Below the pieces are notes generated by a model. The model did not search any database, had not been told where the DNA came from, and saw only the letters and a program-made list of their open reading frames with translations. From a virus (Duplodnaviria > Heunggongvirae > Uroviricota > Caudoviricetes), in the IMG/VR virus record IMGVR_UViG_3300022562_000659: a stretch of DNA of 49,285 nucleotides; one strand, given 5' to 3'. The position numbers were made by a program, and so were the translations under genes. Shown piece after piece: positions 45,160-49,285 of this stretch (position 1 is the stretch's first letter; the number at the start of each line of letters is the position of its first letter).

Positions 45160-48100
45160 ATGAGTACAACCTATGAGGTTTTTTCTCAGGCTCAGGCAAC
45201 TATTGTTACTGGCTATCAATCTGTTGTTGTAAGTAATCTTCCATTTGGATATTGGGGATTAGCCGATACCTCCGGTACAACAGCCGTTGCGATCAAGGGA
45301 TCAAATGGCACATACTCAACTACTGGATTAACCCTTGGCGTCTATGCTGCCATGCCTACAGACGACGTAAACAAGGCAGTCAGTTTAAATGGGTCGGGCG
45401 GGTCGCAATTACTGCTTAACTCTAGTACCCCCACAAACTCCTTCTCTATGGAGGCATGGGTTAATCCAAACCGCACTATTAACATTGCAACAGAAAGCAA
45501 CTCTGGTACATCTGCTGGTACAAACAATAGCCAAAACTATGTTTTCTTCCCTGATCAAAAAGGGACTGATCGTGGCTTGGGAATGTCCGTTGGAACAAAC
45601 GGAATTCAGGCAATCATTCACGGTAACAATACCATTGTTCCTATTGCCTCCTACTCAGCCACAATATCTACTACATGGCACCATGTAGTTATAACACTGG
45701 ATGCCAAGGTTCCAAAGATTTATCTAGATGGTGTTCTTGTACGAACTGGAATAACCGCTACTGCTACTAATGTGTACGCACCGACACGAATGTTTGGAAC
45801 ATCTGGAAACAGTTATGGCCCATACAACGGCCAATTGAACAACGGCGCTCTTTATGATTATGTTCTTGATGCTGATCAAATCCTCAATCATTATCAGGCA
45901 GGAGTACCAAGGGCAGTTGGACAGGCCCAGGCACTTATCATTAATATACCTGTTGCTCAAGCACAGGCACAAATTCTTGCATTCGATTTCCCGCAGTGTG
46001 GACAAGCACAAGCCGATATTGTACAGGGATTACGCTATAATGGCTTGGCACAAGCACAAACCATTATCACTGATATCTATGAGACTTTTGCTCAAGCATC
46101 CGTATGGATACGAGACACGTATGCTGGATTTGCTCAGGCAAATGCTTGGATTCTCCCATCTACACAAGTCGGACAAGCAAACGTAGGTATTAAACAGACA
46201 TACCCACTTGCAAATATTGAGCCTAATCTTACTATGATCCTACGTCCAACCTCTGATGAGTGGACTGGATCACCTACCCTAGTAAATAGTGATACCTACT
46301 ATGGGGCGGTAGATGAAGAAGTTCTTAGTAGATCAGACTACTATAGAAACACTATTTCTAATTCCTATATGCGGCACAACTTTACTATTCCGGCAGATCA
46401 ATATCCAATTGGTGGATCATATGTAATTGATTCTGTTCAAATAACAGTTGATCAGTATACCCCAGCACCCTCTGGTGGTGCTACATACCGTCTTGTAGAT
46501 CCTGATACTGGTACATCTTACACAGTTTTAAGTATCGGACAAAACCAGAACGGTACTTTCTCCAGTACTCCGGTTACGGTTAGACCTTGGGATAGTCAGC
46601 CTTGGACACATGAGGATATCCTTGCTCTAAAGGCTGGATATTATGCACCGTCTTCATTTGCTAGTGGTTATATTTACCAATTCTATGTTACTGTCAGTTA
46701 TCACTATGCCGCACCTGTAGCACAAACTGCTGCCTTAATTTATCAAACACGTTGGTATCCCTCAGGACAAGCACAGGCAGCAATACTTAATACCTATACC
46801 CAATCAGCACAGGCGGCTGCGTTAATTGATAACTATATCAAAGTACAGTTTGCCCAGGCTGAAGCTTATATATTCCTATGGGCAACTACTGCCCTAAGCC
46901 TACGTGTTATTGAAGCACAATCACTTCCAACTACGGCGACTAGTAATATAACTCTTAGAGTTATCACACAGCGTCCGATATTTGGATTAGCGCAAGCGAC
47001 GGCATATATCAGTAATAGTGAAGGAACTACTGTACAGTTTGGACAAGCCTCTACTTGGATTAAAGCCGTTGGATCAGTTGTAATAGGTCAAGCACAGGCA
47101 TGGGTGCGTGTCTTTGCAGTATCAACATTCTATGTTAGAACAATAGCCGAAGTATCTAACCCGGATACGCGCCTAGCAGCCCACAATCTAAGAGTTATCA
47201 TAAATAGACCTATATTCTCTGTAGGTCAAGCGAAGGCACTGATCCAGTCCCCCATAAAAAATGCACATGCACAAGCCCATGTTTCTATTTATAGAACACC
47301 ACATATAACCTATGAGGTATTTGGACAGGCGCAGGCGAATATCAGAACCAAGTATAGGGCTAATGCGAATGCTAGGGCTTCTATTTTACGTACATACACA
47401 AGACATGCTCAGGCTATGGCATTCATCTTCCATCCACAGGAATTTGCACAAGCACAAGCACATATTAAACATACAAAGACTGTAGTAACGGCAAATGCAC
47501 AAGCCTATGTGCGATTGTATGTTGGATATGCGCAGGCTAATGCCTGGATCGACAATGTTATTACGAAAACGGGACAGGCCCGAGCCTACATGCGACTGTA
47601 TGTTGGATATGGGCAGGCACAGGCTGATATTAAAACCACATACCAAGCACGGGCACAAGCCGCTGGTGCTGTTCTATTCTCTGGTATGTTTGCACAGGCT
47701 ACAGCCGATATATGGCAGCAATATCAGGTATATGGACAGGCTGCGGCTCTTATTGATAACTACATTAAGGTTCAATTTGCTCAAGCCCAAGCCGAATTGA
47801 TCTTTATCCAAGTATCTACAATACAAATACGTACTATTATTGATAGTACTAATAAAGAAACTAAGATATCATCAATCAGCCTACGTGCTATTACAAACAG
47901 GGCAACCTTCCGTAGTGGACAGGCTGCCGCCCTAATATTCAACTATACTAAGGTTTTCTTTGGGCAAGCACAGGCTAATATCCGAGCCAGTTCAGTATAT
48001 TCAGGACAAGCAGAAGCGTATTTGAGTGCCTATGGTGTAATTGGCACAGGACAGGCTGAAGCATCCATTCTTAAACTTGCGGGTTATGGACAAGCACAAG

Positions 48101-49245
48101 CTTACTTCCGAGCCTTTGGTGTACCAGCATTTGGACAGGCTTTGGCCTACTCACTTGGATTTACATTTGTTCACGCACAAGCTGAGGTTTATATCAAACC
48201 TCTTACTGGTTTGGCACAAGTTATGGCCTCAATTAAGAGGGCTTATACACAGCAGGCACAGACTCAGGCAATGATTGAGATTGTACGTCGTGGCTATGCG
48301 CAGGCTGAAGCATGGATATTGTACACAACTAGCATCTATATTGCTACAGCACAAGCACAGATTCAGTATCGTACATTCCCAGCGGCTCAAGCCCAAGCCG
48401 AGATTACACAGTATAAGCACGGTTGGGCTAATGCTATGGCGCAGATTGCCGGATTGCAGCACGCACAAAGCATGGCACTTATTCGTGCAGTATCAATACC
48501 AACTGCACAAGCCGGGGCACTTATCAAAGATAAGTATACAATGATTATCTATAATGGATATTTACTACCCGGATATCTACAAAGTGAATCTATACAAGAT
48601 TCATCTAGAATTAAGATGTACTCATCGCCATATTTTGATGATATACATGGTGAATATATTGGATTGGAAACAAAGATCATTTCTCTCCAGTTTAAGTTAC
48701 TTGGGGAGACATATGATAGTTTGAAAACACAGGCTACAAAAGCTTCGACAATGGTATGGAGCGCGAAAAAGGAAGCTAAATTATATATTCATAGTTTAGA
48801 TAATTACTACCTTGCAATTCCAAAAACTTTCAAGATACTTACTTCAGCTAAAGATTCAACCCTCGATTACACGGTTGACTTCAGCGCCCAGCCTTGGCTT
48901 TATAGCAACATTATGAACACGATCACAGGTACTACAACTCTTGTGACAACAGGTAGAACCTTTAATGATGGAGTTGACACCCCAGCAACAGTTAAGATTA
49001 CGGGTACAAATATTACAGTATCCGGATACACAGCAGATAATTTATTTACAGGATACTTTGCTGTTTCTGGTGCAGTTACAGATTTGATTATTGACTCAGC
49101 AAATTATACAGCCACTATAGACGGAGTAAATAAAAATGGGTTAATGAGAAACTTAGACTACCAGATTTATGTTGGTGAGGGAGTCACATACTTTAATATA
49201 ACAGGTGCTACTAGCGCTGAAATTTCTTGGAGAAACAGGTGGTAA
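45160..49245 (+). CDS. AQAQA-repeat fibre protein 3: LamG/ConA domain, repeats, C-terminal Dit-like domain
   Basis: FSMEAWVNP...WHHVVITLD...IYLDG...QILNHY (LamG-like); AQA repeats; final 235 aa align by eye with 43253. Confidence 0.72.
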   Translation: MSTTYEVFSQAQATIVTGYQSVVVSNLPFGYWGLADTSGTTAVAIKGSNGTYSTTGLTLGVYAAMPTDDVNKAVSLNGSGGSQLLLNSSTPTNSFSMEAWVNPNRTINIATESNSGTSAGTNNSQNYVFFPDQKGTDRGLGMSVGTNGIQAIIHGNNTIVPIASYSATISTTWHHVVITLDAKVPKIYLDGVLVRTGITATATNVYAPTRMFGTSGNSYGPYNGQLNNGALYDYVLDADQILNHYQAGVPRAVGQAQALIINIPVAQAQAQILAFDFPQCGQAQADIVQGLRYNGLAQAQTIITDIYETFAQASVWIRDTYAGFAQANAWILPSTQVGQANVGIKQTYPLANIEPNLTMILRPTSDEWTGSPTLVNSDTYYGAVDEEVLSRSDYYRNTISNSYMRHNFTIPADQYPIGGSYVIDSVQITVDQYTPAPSGGATYRLVDPDTGTSYTVLSIGQNQNGTFSSTPVTVRPWDSQPWTHEDILALKAGYYAPSSFASGYIYQFYVTVSYHYAAPVAQTAALIYQTRWYPSGQAQAAILNTYTQSAQAAALIDNYIKVQFAQAEAYIFLWATTALSLRVIEAQSLPTTATSNITLRVITQRPIFGLAQATAYISNSEGTTVQFGQASTWIKAVGSVVIGQAQAWVRVFAVSTFYVRTIAEVSNPDTRLAAHNLRVIINRPIFSVGQAKALIQSPIKNAHAQAHVSIYRTPHITYEVFGQAQANIRTKYRANANARASILRTYTRHAQAMAFIFHPQEFAQAQAHIKHTKTVVTANAQAYVRLYVGYAQANAWIDNVITKTGQARAYMRLYVGYGQAQADIKTTYQARAQAAGAVLFSGMFAQATADIWQQYQVYGQAAALIDNYIKVQFAQAQAELIFIQVSTIQIRTIIDSTNKETKISSISLRAITNRATFRSGQAAALIFNYTKVFFGQAQANIRASSVYSGQAEAYLSAYGVIGTGQAEASILKLAGYGQAQAYFRAFGVPAFGQALAYSLGFTFVHAQAEVYIKPLTGLAQVMASIKRAYTQQAQTQAMIEIVRRGYAQAEAWILYTTSIYIATAQAQIQYRTFPAAQAQAEITQYKHGWANAMAQIAGLQHAQSMALIRAVSIPTAQAGALIKDKYTMIIYNGYLLPGYLQSESIQDSSRIKMYSSPYFDDIHGEYIGLETKIISLQFKLLGETYDSLKTQATKASTMVWSAKKEAKLYIHSLDNYYLAIPKTFKILTSAKDSTLDYTVDFSAQPWLYSNIMNTITGTTTLVTTGRTFNDGVDTPATVKITGTNITVSGYTADNLFTGYFAVSGAVTDLIIDSANYTATIDGVNKNGLMRNLDYQIYVGEGVTYFNITGATSAEISWRNRW

Positions 49246-49248
49246 CTT

Positions 49249-49285
49249 ATGCTTCAAATTAGATTAACTGATAGTTTAGGAAGTA
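49249..49285 (+). CDS. 5' end of the next gene (partial; baseplate hub/Tal by position)
   Basis: ATG 49249, MLQIRLTDSLGS, open to the window end. Confidence 0.45.
   Translation, partial: MLQIRLTDSLGS

Overview
This is a 49 kb segment of a large tailed dsDNA phage genome (siphovirus-like), with essentially all genes on the + strand and standard genetic code. From left to right it holds: a glycosyltransferase/methyltransferase cluster with thyX; a secreted GH16-metallophosphoesterase fusion; two giant proteins built from a 14-aa AQAQA repeat; a region of small ORFs and tRNAs; and the morphogenesis module. That module runs terminase, portal, protease/scaffold, decoration protein, major capsid, head-tail genes with two embedded glycosyltransferases, major tail, tail chaperones with a -1 frameshift, tape measure, a Dit-like protein and a third AQAQA protein. 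The window carries 21 tRNAs plus one tRNA-shaped RNA. The most unusual signals are: (1) a recurring stem-loop with an invariant ATACAA loop and fully covarying stems upstream of several genes; (2) a beta-domain apparently split between two fibre proteins, suggesting donor-strand complementation; (3) a Dit paralog fused to the end of a repeat fibre; (4) a multi-enzyme glycosylation/methylation system that may modify the virion. All assignments come from motif recognition by eye, with no database searches. The host is not determinable from this window.
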